Of a stretch of 64,000 nucleotides of DNA, positions 24,397 to 33,093 are shown piece after piece (within the stretch, counting starts at the first letter, position 1; the number at the start of each line of letters is the position of its first letter). Source of the DNA: Pseudomonadota bacterium. GTDB lineage: Bacteria > Bdellovibrionota_B > Oligoflexia > Oligoflexales > CAIYRB01. A model generated the notes under the pieces. That model did not search any database and was not told where the DNA came from. It worked only from the letters and a program-made list of their open reading frames with translations. The stretch covers positions 1 through 64,000 of the forward strand of contig JANOTL010000202.1 in NCBI GenBank assembly GCA_031416315.1, in the 5' to 3' direction. The position numbers and the translations under genes are program-made.

Positions 24397-26745
24397 ATGA
24401 GTCTTCGCCGCCCTACCGCCTCCGATTCTTTCGGACGCGACGCCCTGCCCAAGGCACGTGCGTTCGCGAGCTCGGCTGCGCTGTGGGCGATCGTCGCGAG
24501 CGCCGTCTACTTCTCCAGCGCGCATACCGCGCTGGAAGATGCGGTCGCGACGCCTATGGCCCAAGCGTGGCGCGACCTTGGAGCGCCGCGAGTCAGCTTC
24601 GCGCCGCAGCTGAAGATTTTCGCGTACGACGACGAGGCCGTGCTGGCGCTCCAGAGCGAATCGCCGCCGGTTGCCGATTGGGCTCGGGTCTTCGGCGCGC
24701 TGGCGGCGCAAGCTCCAGCCTCGGTCATCGTCGACGAGTCTTTCGCCTTCCTACCGGTCGAGTCGGACGCGGCGCGCGCGGCCGTGTCGGAGCTCGCCGC
24801 CGCGGCGAAGAAGCTTCCAAATCTCACGGTGGCGGCCTTGGTCGACGAGCAAGTTGCGCCGGGACGGGCGGCGCTCATGATGGACCGCGAGGACCTGCGG
24901 CTAGACCCGCGCGCGAAGCTCTCGACGCGGCCGCTCGAGGTTTACGGGCCTCACCCTTCGCTGCGCGACGCCTTCGCCCACATCGCGCATTTCCGCGTCG
25001 CGCGCGGCGGACGCATCGAGCCCTGGCTCCGCATCGCGGAGGGACGGGCCCTGCCGCACGCCTCGGTTTTCGCCGTCCGCCGCGGCCGCGACCTCCAGGC
25101 ACCGCTCTTGCCGCTCGACCGCCGGAACATGCTGAGCTTCGAGCTGCCGTCGCGGCAAGCCTTCAAGCAGCATACGCGCTCCTTCCTCGGCGCCATCCTC
25201 GCCGCGCGCGCCGGGCGGCCGATTCCGGGCGTCGAGGCGGGCGACACGGTGCTGATCCTGACGCACTTCTTCGCCGGCGCCCGCACGGAGGTCGAGACGG
25301 CGCGCGGGAAGATGCCGACGGGCGCCGTGTTGGCGAGCGCGATCGACTCGGTCCTGCGCGCGCAGTTTTTAACGCCGGTGCCCGACGCCTCGGGGAGCGT
25401 CCTGCTCTTCATCGTGCTGGCGGTGGCCGGCGCCGCGGCAGGCGCCTACCTCGTGCCTCTGACCGCTTTGCCCTTGATTCTCCTCTCAACGACGGCCCTC
25501 GCGGCACTCGGGATCTTCGCTACGGCGCGGCTGGGAGCGGTCGTCCCCTGGATTCCGGCGGCCGCGGCGACGGCAGGGGCAGGACTTCACGCCGCGTACA
25601 CGCTCGCGTCGTGCCGTGAGCGCATCAACCGGCGCGTGCGCGAGGCGCTGAAGGGCGCGGTGCCCGAGGCCCGGCTCGAGAAGATCTTGCGCTCGGGCGC
25701 GAGCCTCGCGATCGCGCCGTCTGAGCGCGTGGTGACGGTGATGTTCGTCGACATCGCGAACTTCTCCATCGCGGCCGAGCGGGCGCCGCCGCAAGAGACG
25801 TTCCTACACCTTCGCCAGGTGCTGCGCGACGCGACGCGCACCGTCCATAAGTACGGCGGCACCGTCGACAAGACGCTGGGCGACGGGATGCTCTGCTTCT
25901 TCGGTTACAGCTACGACGGCGAGGTCATCGAAAACCAGGCCGACCAGGCGATGCGCTGCGCCGTCGAGATGCAGCGGGAGAACGTCCGTCGCTGCGTCGA
26001 CGCCGCGCGCGCCGGCAAGCCGATGCTCGCCTTCCGCATCGGCCTCAACACCGGCGCGGTCTACATCGGCGACATCGGCACCGACGAGCGCCTGGATTTC
26101 ACGGTGATCGGCAACGGCGTCAACTACGCGAAGCGCCTCGAGGCCGCCTGCGACTTGAACCACATCATGCTGAGCCCGACGACGCTCGACTTCGCCACGA
26201 GCTTCGCCGTCGACCAGCCGGGCTTCAAGAAGCGTTTGATCCACGTGAAGCATCAGAAAGATCTGATCGAGGCGATCGAGCTCGACCCGATCCACGACGA
26301 GCCGGAGCTTGCCGAGGCGGCGCGGGCCGAGTTCCGCCGCGCGTTCAACTTGGACCGTAAGGATCAGCGCTGGCCGGTCCTCGAGCCGAGCCGCTTCCGC
26401 ATCCTGTCGGAGTTCGGCAAAGTGCTCCTCGTCGACTTTTCGTTCACGGGCGCCTGCGTGCGGCTCGGCTCTTATCTGTCGAAGGGCGTGATGTTCGACC
26501 TCGAGCTGGGGCAGGGCCAGCCGGAGCTCGCGGCTAAGCTCGAGGCGAAAGGCCTGACGCCTCTGCGTTGCGAGGTTCGGTGGGGGCGACCCGAGTCGGA
26601 GGAAGAAGGCGTGTCGGGCGCCTTCCTGCACGGCTTGAAGTACGTGAACCTCTCCGAGCTGCAGATGAAGGCTCTGCTCGACATCCTGCGCGACTCGTTC
26701 GCGGCGGGAAGCGGCGGCGCGCCGAAGTTGAAGGGCGCTGGCTAA
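24397..26745 (+). CDS. CHASE2-like sensor / class III adenylate cyclase / PilZ fusion
   Basis: TM cluster; MFVDIANFS, DKTLGDG, RIGLNTG, TVIGNGVNYAKRLE; RKDQR...DFSFTG. Confidence 0.88.
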   Translation: MSLRRPTASDSFGRDALPKARAFASSAALWAIVASAVYFSSAHTALEDAVATPMAQAWRDLGAPRVSFAPQLKIFAYDDEAVLALQSESPPVADWARVFGALAAQAPASVIVDESFAFLPVESDAARAAVSELAAAAKKLPNLTVAALVDEQVAPGRAALMMDREDLRLDPRAKLSTRPLEVYGPHPSLRDAFAHIAHFRVARGGRIEPWLRIAEGRALPHASVFAVRRGRDLQAPLLPLDRRNMLSFELPSRQAFKQHTRSFLGAILAARAGRPIPGVEAGDTVLILTHFFAGARTEVETARGKMPTGAVLASAIDSVLRAQFLTPVPDASGSVLLFIVLAVAGAAAGAYLVPLTALPLILLSTTALAALGIFATARLGAVVPWIPAAAATAGAGLHAAYTLASCRERINRRVREALKGAVPEARLEKILRSGASLAIAPSERVVTVMFVDIANFSIAAERAPPQETFLHLRQVLRDATRTVHKYGGTVDKTLGDGMLCFFGYSYDGEVIENQADQAMRCAVEMQRENVRRCVDAARAGKPMLAFRIGLNTGAVYIGDIGTDERLDFTVIGNGVNYAKRLEAACDLNHIMLSPTTLDFATSFAVDQPGFKKRLIHVKHQKDLIEAIELDPIHDEPELAEAARAEFRRAFNLDRKDQRWPVLEPSRFRILSEFGKVLLVDFSFTGACVRLGSYLSKGVMFDLELGQGQPELAAKLEAKGLTPLRCEVRWGRPESEEEGVSGAFLHGLKYVNLSELQMKALLDILRDSFAAGSGGAPKLKGAG

Positions 26746-26930
26746 TCCCGGCACCCGGTTGATCGCTGCGCCCGCGCGGGCGCGAGCGCGAAAAACAAAA
26801 GAAAGTGCCCGACTCGCGAAGCGAGCCGGGCCAGGGGGAGCGTGCGTGATGGTCCTCTTGTTTCCCTTTCGGGACTCAAGCTTTCAGAGTGGGGACGGAA
26901 GCCGCGAAGGCAGCGCGGACTTCCGGGAGG

Positions 26931-28007
26931 TCAGTAACCCGAGACGTATTCCGTGGATTTCGTCGTCGGGATTTTCGTGCCGGCGTGGGAGCTGAAGATC
27001 AGCCCGTCGTTGCCGGACACTTCGCCTTTACGATTCAGCTTCCAGCTGCCGGCGAGGGTCGCCATCATGCTGCCCGTCGCGGCGCCGTCAATGCCGTCGT
27101 CGTCGTGGTCGGCAAAGGACGAGTAGTCCCTTTTCGACGCGCGGCGACGGAGGAGGAGCGCGGTGAGGAGGAGCAGGAGGGCGCCGCTCGCGAGCGAGCC
27201 GTAGCGGATCAGTTCGTTGGTGCGCGTCGGCGTGGCGCCGGCGACTTCGATCGAGACCATGCTGGACCAGGCGAGGCCGAACATCGGGTCAGTTTGGTCG
27301 GAGAAACGGTCGGCCATGTCGGTGTAGGTCGTGAGGAATTGCTTCTCGCCGCCAGAGACGAGGACGTTCATCTGCATCATGCGGTACTCGCCGAGCTCGT
27401 ACGCGCCGTAAACCAGGAGTCCGTCGTTCTCGCCGCGATAGTTGAAGAACTTGTGCTCGATGATCTGGTAGTTCGCGACGGAGCCGTCTTCGCCGAATTG
27501 CTTCACGAGCTGCGCTTCGAGCTCGGTGGCGCGGCGCTCGTCGATCGGCGAGGCCTTTTGCAGGACCGCGACGGTCACGTTGCGGCGGTACTTCGCCTTG
27601 TCGTAAGCCGGGTTCTTGTCTTCCGGCTCTTTCATCACGAAGGAGAGGTTGCCGGTGTAGGTGTTCACTTCCCAGCCCGCGATCGGGCTGATCTTGAAGC
27701 CGAGCTCTTCCATGGCGAAGGCTTGGCCGTCGCTGATGAAGGATTTCGACTCGGGGACCACCGGAGCGGTCACGGCGGGCACGGTCTCGGTCGAGGCGAC
27801 GGGGGCGGCGTCGAGCGCGGCGGCCGGTGCTTCGGGCGCGGCGGCGGTGCCGTTGGCGCCGTTGAGGTCAGTCTCGACGAACTCGCTCTTCGCGGCCCAT
27901 TTGGGCGCCGAGGGGAGCTTGGTCGGGACGCCGGTTTCGGCGTGGGCGCCGGTTCCGGCGAGAAGCGCGATGACGACGGCTGAGCAAAGTGCAGGACGCA
28001 TGGACAT
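26931..28007 (-). CDS. Hypothetical exported protein with C-terminal TM anchor
   Basis: Signal peptide, Ala/Pro linker, globular domain, LASGALLLLLTALLLRRR. Confidence 0.7.
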   Translation of the reverse strand: MSMRPALCSAVVIALLAGTGAHAETGVPTKLPSAPKWAAKSEFVETDLNGANGTAAAPEAPAAALDAAPVASTETVPAVTAPVVPESKSFISDGQAFAMEELGFKISPIAGWEVNTYTGNLSFVMKEPEDKNPAYDKAKYRRNVTVAVLQKASPIDERRATELEAQLVKQFGEDGSVANYQIIEHKFFNYRGENDGLLVYGAYELGEYRMMQMNVLVSGGEKQFLTTYTDMADRFSDQTDPMFGLAWSSMVSIEVAGATPTRTNELIRYGSLASGALLLLLTALLLRRRASKRDYSSFADHDDDGIDGAATGSMMATLAGSWKLNRKGEVSGNDGLIFSSHAGTKIPTTKSTEYVSGY

Positions 28008-28189
28008 GGTGGGATCGACTCCGGAGCGGGGGAAGGGGGAGCGGGCGAATCAGCAGCAGCAGGGAGAGTTGGGAGTCGCGAGCCCGAGGGCGTCGTCGAC
28101 AAAGACAGTTCTACTATGGCGACTTACTCATTGCAAGCCAATTCTATCAATATCAAAGATATTATAACAATATATTGATATCATTACTA

Positions 28190-29995
28190 TTACGGCTGCG
28201 ACAGACAATAGAGGTGCGTACTCGGGTCGGCGCAATAATTTGACCCCTGATTCAGCCAAGCTCGCCCCGTCCCATCGGTGTAGCCATGACTTCCCGGGGT
28301 GCTAGTCGCTGCGGTAGTCCAGGAACTACAATGATGCTGGCTGATTGCGCCTGTGGCGGTCGCGCCCGTCCAGACGCGAAGACTTGGGGATGCCGCGCCG
28401 AGCTCGTCATGGAATGCCGCTTCGCGCAATCCATCCGGCGAGAACAGCGCTCCGACGGCGAAGAGCTGCTGCCCGCCCGCTGCACGCGTGTTGTTGATGG
28501 GTAGCGTCACGACGACGTGGTCTGCGGCAGCGACCGTCGCGGTCCCGTAGACGGCCTTCCAAGCAGCTCGGTAGAGCCCGGCCGCCTCGGCACGTTGAGC
28601 GCACACGAAGTCGAATCCGCTTGGCGACGCGTTGACGTTCGCCGCGACGGGAGACGCGGTGACGAACATCAAATGCGAGGCCGGGGGCGCTTCGCCTCCA
28701 GCGCCGGTCGTGGTGGTCGTGGTCTCGCCGCCGGTGGTCGTGGTGCCCGCGGTCGACCCGTCGGTGCCACCGGTGTCATCCGCCCCATCGGCGCCGTCGG
28801 CGCCGTCGACCGTTCCCGTTCCACCCGTCGTGCCAGAATCGACCTTCGCCAGCGCCTCGTTCAGCGCGTCGGCGGCGGCACCGGGCGCCAACGCGCCCGC
28901 GAGGTACTTCCCGATCGTGTCGAGCGGCATGATGCCAACAGCTGCAAAGATCTTCTGCTGCTGCGCGCCTTCGGCGGGGAACTCGAGGAGGATGCGCTCG
29001 ACGGTGTGGACGCGCGCGCACTGTTCGACTCCGCCGAGCCGACCGGGATCCTTAGCCAGCGCGGTGAACGCGCCGTCGACCGTCTCCAAGCCGAGGAAGC
29101 CGGCGGCGGCGCGGGCGGCATAGCGCTCGTTGTAGGAGCCGGCGGCGACTTGTTGATCGACGACCGCGGCGCCGTTGCCCAGGTCCTGGGCTTCGGTCTG
29201 CTGCCGCGCGAGCGCGGCGTCGTCCTTGCCGGCGGCGTTGGCGACGGCGACGACGGCGAGGTTGGCCGAGAGTAGCTCGGCGGCGAGGCGGTCGAGGATC
29301 GACGCATCGCTCGCGGAGCCGAACTCGTCGACGGCCTTCCGCAGCACGGTACCGAGCTCGCGCATGCCGGCGACGTCGGCCACCCCGCGGGAGACGAGGG
29401 CGAGGCCATCCGCCGTCGCGGCGATGCGGGTGAAGAAGGCGGCGGCGAAATCCGTGGCGCGGCTGACGACGACGCCGACGTTCGTGTTGCCGAGCGGGGC
29501 AAGGACCGCGGCTCGGCCGTCGACGGTGACGACGAGGTAGCGGTCGCCGCGAACTTTCGGGAGGGCGAAGTGCTGGCCCTCGAAGCTGACGCGCGCGATT
29601 TCAGCGCGGATCAGGGTGCCGTTCTCGGCATAGGCTTCTTCGACGATCGCCTCGCGTGTTCCGGCCGTGAGGTTGGTGCCGGAGACGGAGACCGATTCGG
29701 CCGCCGGCGTGAAGTCGGCGTCGGCGACGTAGCCGCTGAGGCTCCCGCTGACAGGCGCGGCTTCCAGGAGGCCATCCTTCGAGGCGGTCCCTGGCGTCTG
29801 GCCTGCCGGGTCCACGACGACGGGAGAGCCCGCGGGCGAGGCCGGGTCGGTCTTGGCCGCGCCGTCACGACGCGTGCGCAGGTCGGCTTGGTTCGCTTTG
29901 CTACACGCGGCGACGGGAGCGGCCACCAACCCAGCGAGGAGCAGGGCGTAAGTCACCGTTCGCGGCGCTTTTCTGCAGACGAAACCCGGGATCAT
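28190..29995 (-). CDS. Lipoprotein with Thr/Gly linker and C-terminal DUF1554/endostatin-like domain
   Basis: VAAC lipobox; MFVT...D..C...WKA...VWTG...CSSWTT...LYCLSQ. Confidence 0.75.
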   Translation of the reverse strand: MIPGFVCRKAPRTVTYALLLAGLVAAPVAACSKANQADLRTRRDGAAKTDPASPAGSPVVVDPAGQTPGTASKDGLLEAAPVSGSLSGYVADADFTPAAESVSVSGTNLTAGTREAIVEEAYAENGTLIRAEIARVSFEGQHFALPKVRGDRYLVVTVDGRAAVLAPLGNTNVGVVVSRATDFAAAFFTRIAATADGLALVSRGVADVAGMRELGTVLRKAVDEFGSASDASILDRLAAELLSANLAVVAVANAAGKDDAALARQQTEAQDLGNGAAVVDQQVAAGSYNERYAARAAAGFLGLETVDGAFTALAKDPGRLGGVEQCARVHTVERILLEFPAEGAQQQKIFAAVGIMPLDTIGKYLAGALAPGAAADALNEALAKVDSGTTGGTGTVDGADGADGADDTGGTDGSTAGTTTTGGETTTTTTGAGGEAPPASHLMFVTASPVAANVNASPSGFDFVCAQRAEAAGLYRAAWKAVYGTATVAAADHVVVTLPINNTRAAGGQQLFAVGALFSPDGLREAAFHDELGAASPSLRVWTGATATGAISQHHCSSWTTAATSTPGSHGYTDGTGRAWLNQGSNYCADPSTHLYCLSQP

Positions 29996-30026
29996 ACAAT
30001 AAGTATCCTCTGGTCGACGGGCCCTG

Positions 30027-30776
30027 ATGGGATCGGCCGATTGCGGCAGAATTTTGAGGTACGCTATTTTTACGAAAATATTTCAGGTACTTATCCTCGC
30101 ATTTGCGGTGCTTGCGAGCTTCGTGGCGGTACCGTCGAGCGCGGCGGGCGCCGGGTTTCCGGTCCGCTGCGTCGGCAAACCGGACGCGACGCGACGCGCG
30201 ATCTTCCTGCACGGTCGGCGCCCGAGCTCGACCTCTTTCGTCGAGGCCGGCATGGTGGCGCCGCTCACCCAGCTCGCGGAGAAACTCGGCTACCGGATCG
30301 CGATTCCGGAAGCGACGACGCTCTGCCAAGGGCATGGGGCGCTCTATTGCTGGCGGGGCGAGCGCCTCGAGAACCTCGCGCGGACTTGGGCGGCGGTGAC
30401 CGCGGCGGCGGCGGAGTGCTTTCCGAACGGCGCGCAGAGCGAGGATTTCGGCGTGATCGGGTTCTCAAACGGCGGCTACCACGTGGCGAAGGTCGTGATG
30501 CGGGGCTTGGCGCCGCATCCCAAATGGGCCGTGTCCATCGGCGCTGCCGGGCATCTGGCCAACGCCGAAGGCGCCTCGGCGACCGCGAAGGCGATCCCAT
30601 TCAGGGTGATTGCGGGAAAACGCGACAGCGTGCGACACGAGGCCCGCGCGTTGGCGTCGAGCTTGTCGGCGCGCGGCTACGCGACGGAGTTCCGCGAGGT
30701 CGAAGGCGGCCACGCGGTCCCGCTGGCCGAGCTCGAGGCGTTGATGGTGCGTTGGGGAGCGGTAGCGAGCCGATGA
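30027..30776 (+). CDS. Putative secreted alpha/beta-hydrolase (esterase)
   Basis: FLHG, GFSNGG nucleophile elbow, GKRD, GGH; start uncertain. Confidence 0.7.
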   Translation: MGSADCGRILRYAIFTKIFQVLILAFAVLASFVAVPSSAAGAGFPVRCVGKPDATRRAIFLHGRRPSSTSFVEAGMVAPLTQLAEKLGYRIAIPEATTLCQGHGALYCWRGERLENLARTWAAVTAAAAECFPNGAQSEDFGVIGFSNGGYHVAKVVMRGLAPHPKWAVSIGAAGHLANAEGASATAKAIPFRVIAGKRDSVRHEARALASSLSARGYATEFREVEGGHAVPLAELEALMVRWGAVASR

Positions 30777-31381
30777 GCACCATCTATTGCATCGGCCGGA
30801 ATTACGCGGAGCATGCGGCGGAGCTCGGCAACGCCGTCCCGACGACCCCAATCGTGTTCTTGAAGTCCCAAGGCGCGCTCCGGCGCGTCGACGAGGATGG
30901 CCTCGCCTACCCTACCGAGACGTTTCACCACGAGGCGGAGTTGGTCCTGCGGGTGGGGCGTGCGGCCGACCTCGGAGCGACTCCGGGCTGGGAGATCATC
31001 GACGAGGTGGCGCTCGGCCTCGATTTGACGCGCCGCGGCGTGCAAAGCGAGCTGAAGGCGAAGGGCCTGCCGTGGACGGCGGCGAAGAGCTTCGCCGGCG
31101 CGGCGGTGATCTCCGCCTTCGTGCCGCGGAGCGCTTTTCCCGATCCCGATCAGATCGAGTTCACGCTGAGCGTCGGCGGCGAGCTGCGGCAGCACGGCAA
31201 TACGCGCGACATGATCTTCAAGGTGCCGGCGCTCCTCGCGCACTTGGCGTCGTCGACGCCACTGAGGATCGGTGACCTGATCTACACGGGCACGCCTTCC
31301 GGAGTCGCGGGCATTCGGAAGGGCGACCCCTTCGTGCTGGCGTTTCCCGCGTTGGCCCTCGAGTTCAAGGGGACGCTTTGA
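30773..31381 (+). CDS. Fumarylacetoacetate hydrolase family protein
   Basis: IGRNYAEH, HHEAEL, LDLT, GDLIYTGTPSG; ATGA overlap with upstream gene. Confidence 0.93.
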   Translation: MSTIYCIGRNYAEHAAELGNAVPTTPIVFLKSQGALRRVDEDGLAYPTETFHHEAELVLRVGRAADLGATPGWEIIDEVALGLDLTRRGVQSELKAKGLPWTAAKSFAGAAVISAFVPRSAFPDPDQIEFTLSVGGELRQHGNTRDMIFKVPALLAHLASSTPLRIGDLIYTGTPSGVAGIRKGDPFVLAFPALALEFKGTL

Positions 31382-31593
31382 TGGAGGCCAAGATTCCTTG
31401 GTTCGTGGCCGGTCTGGCGTTCTCGATCATCGGCTTCGCCTATTTCCGCTACGGGAAGAAGCAGGCCAACGTGCCGATGATGATCGACGGCGTCATTCTG
31501 ATCGGCTTTTCCTATTTCACGGATAGCTGGATCACGACGGCAGCCGTCGGCGCGGTGCTGACCGCTCTGCCGTTCGTTCTCAAATGGTGGTGA
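31381..31593 (+). CDS. Small membrane protein
   Basis: Hydrophobic helices, GFAYFRYGKKQ; translationally coupled to upstream stop. Confidence 0.7.
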   Translation: MEAKIPWFVAGLAFSIIGFAYFRYGKKQANVPMMIDGVILIGFSYFTDSWITTAAVGAVLTALPFVLKWW

Positions 31594-31633
31594 CGCGATG
31601 GCACGACGCCCGACGACGGCGTGAAAGCGTGAG

Positions 31634-32938
31634 ATGAAGGGTCTCAGCGCGCTGAGACATCCGAATTACCGCCTGTTCTTCACCGGTCAGGCGGTGTCGC
31701 TCATCGGCACGTGGATGACGCGGGTGGCTTCGAGCTGGCTCGTGTACCGCCTGAGCAACGATCCCTTCATGCTCGGGGTCGCGACCTTCGCGGCGCTGAT
31801 TCCTTCGTTCGCGCTAGCGCCCTTGGCCGGAGTGATCGTCGATCGCAGCCGCAGCGTCAAGCGCCTCATCTTCCTGACGCAGGCCGCCGGAATGCTGCAG
31901 TCCTTGGGGATGGTGGCGGTGACCGTCTCGTCGCTCGCCCCGGAGACGGCGATCCAGCTGCTGATCGGCCTCAACTTCGTGCAGGGCGTGATCAACGCTC
32001 TCGACATGCCCAGTCGGCAGGCCTTCCTGCCGCGCATGGTGCCCGACCCGAAGGACCTGCCGAATGCGATCGCGCTGAACGGGACGGTGTTTCACGCGGC
32101 GCGGCTCGTCGGGCCGGCGCTCGCTGGAGCTTTGGTCTCTTTATACGGTGAGGCGTGGTGCTTCGGGATCGACGCGCTGAGCTACGTCGCAGTCCTATGG
32201 GCGGTATGGGCGATCCGGATCGACGATCCCGCGGCGGCGGCGAGCGCGGCGGAGGCGGCGGTCGCGGGGCTCAGGGCGGATTCCTTCTACGGCAATCTGG
32301 TAGACGGGTTCCGCTATGCCTTCAGCTACTCGCCAATTCGAGCTGTGCTCCTGTTCGTCGCGTGCTTGAGCCTTTCCGGCATGCCTTATACGGTTCTCTT
32401 GCCGATCTACGCGAAAGAGATCTTGGGAGGCGGGCCGCGAGTCTTCGGCTGGATGACGGCGGCCGCGGGATCGGGCGCCATGCTCGCAGCGGTCTACCTT
32501 GCGCGGCGCGAGCGGATCCAAGGCATCACGAACGTGATCATGGCCTCGGGCGCGGCATTTTCCGTCGCCCTGTTCGGCTTCGCGACCTCGACGAGCGTGG
32601 CCCTTTCGCTGGTGCTCTTGTTCGTGCTCGGCTTCGGCATGATGGCGCAGTCGGCGTCTTGCATGACGATCGTGCAGACGATCGTGGATCCGGCAAAGCG
32701 CGGGCGGGTGATGAGCTTGTATTCGATGGCTTTCGTCGGCATGGCGCCGTTCGGCAGCTTGGCGGCCGGTTTCATGGCGAAGCATTGGGGGGCGCCGCGG
32801 ACGCTCCAGATCGGAGCGGGGCTGTGCGCGGTGACGACTTGGTACTTTTCGCGGAAACTGCCGGTCGTCAGGGAGGTGCTATCGCCGCCTGGGGCGGAAG
32901 TCGTGGTCGGGACGCCCGACGCCACGGTGACGAGCTAG
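31634..32938 (+). CDS. MFS transporter (MFS_3/DHA3-like)
   Basis: YRLFFTGQAVSLIGTWM, DMPSRQA, NAIALN, RGRVMS; about 12 TM. Confidence 0.92.
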   Translation: MKGLSALRHPNYRLFFTGQAVSLIGTWMTRVASSWLVYRLSNDPFMLGVATFAALIPSFALAPLAGVIVDRSRSVKRLIFLTQAAGMLQSLGMVAVTVSSLAPETAIQLLIGLNFVQGVINALDMPSRQAFLPRMVPDPKDLPNAIALNGTVFHAARLVGPALAGALVSLYGEAWCFGIDALSYVAVLWAVWAIRIDDPAAAASAAEAAVAGLRADSFYGNLVDGFRYAFSYSPIRAVLLFVACLSLSGMPYTVLLPIYAKEILGGGPRVFGWMTAAAGSGAMLAAVYLARRERIQGITNVIMASGAAFSVALFGFATSTSVALSLVLLFVLGFGMMAQSASCMTIVQTIVDPAKRGRVMSLYSMAFVGMAPFGSLAAGFMAKHWGAPRTLQIGAGLCAVTTWYFSRKLPVVREVLSPPGAEVVVGTPDATVTS

Positions 32939-33019
32939 GGGAGCCGCAGGCGGTTCGCCCGCCGCAGGACGTGAGCTCCAGACGCACCCTGGTTATGGTA
33001 AGTGCCTTTGAATCAAGTT

Positions 33020-33053
33020 TAGTTTCGCGCGAAACCGATTTCGCGCGGAACTA
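33020..33053. repeat. Palindromic hairpin between convergent genes
   Basis: TAGTTTCGCGCGAAA-ccga-TTTCGCGCGGAACTA. Confidence 0.6.
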
Positions 33054-33093
33054 GAAGATGTCGTGAACGCGGGGCGCGCGCGGCTCGCTCGCC

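Noticed and set aside
29570..30772. Apparent ~400-aa N-terminal extension fused to the FAH domain
   Set aside because: Overlaps two better-supported genes; the true start is the coupled ATG at 30773
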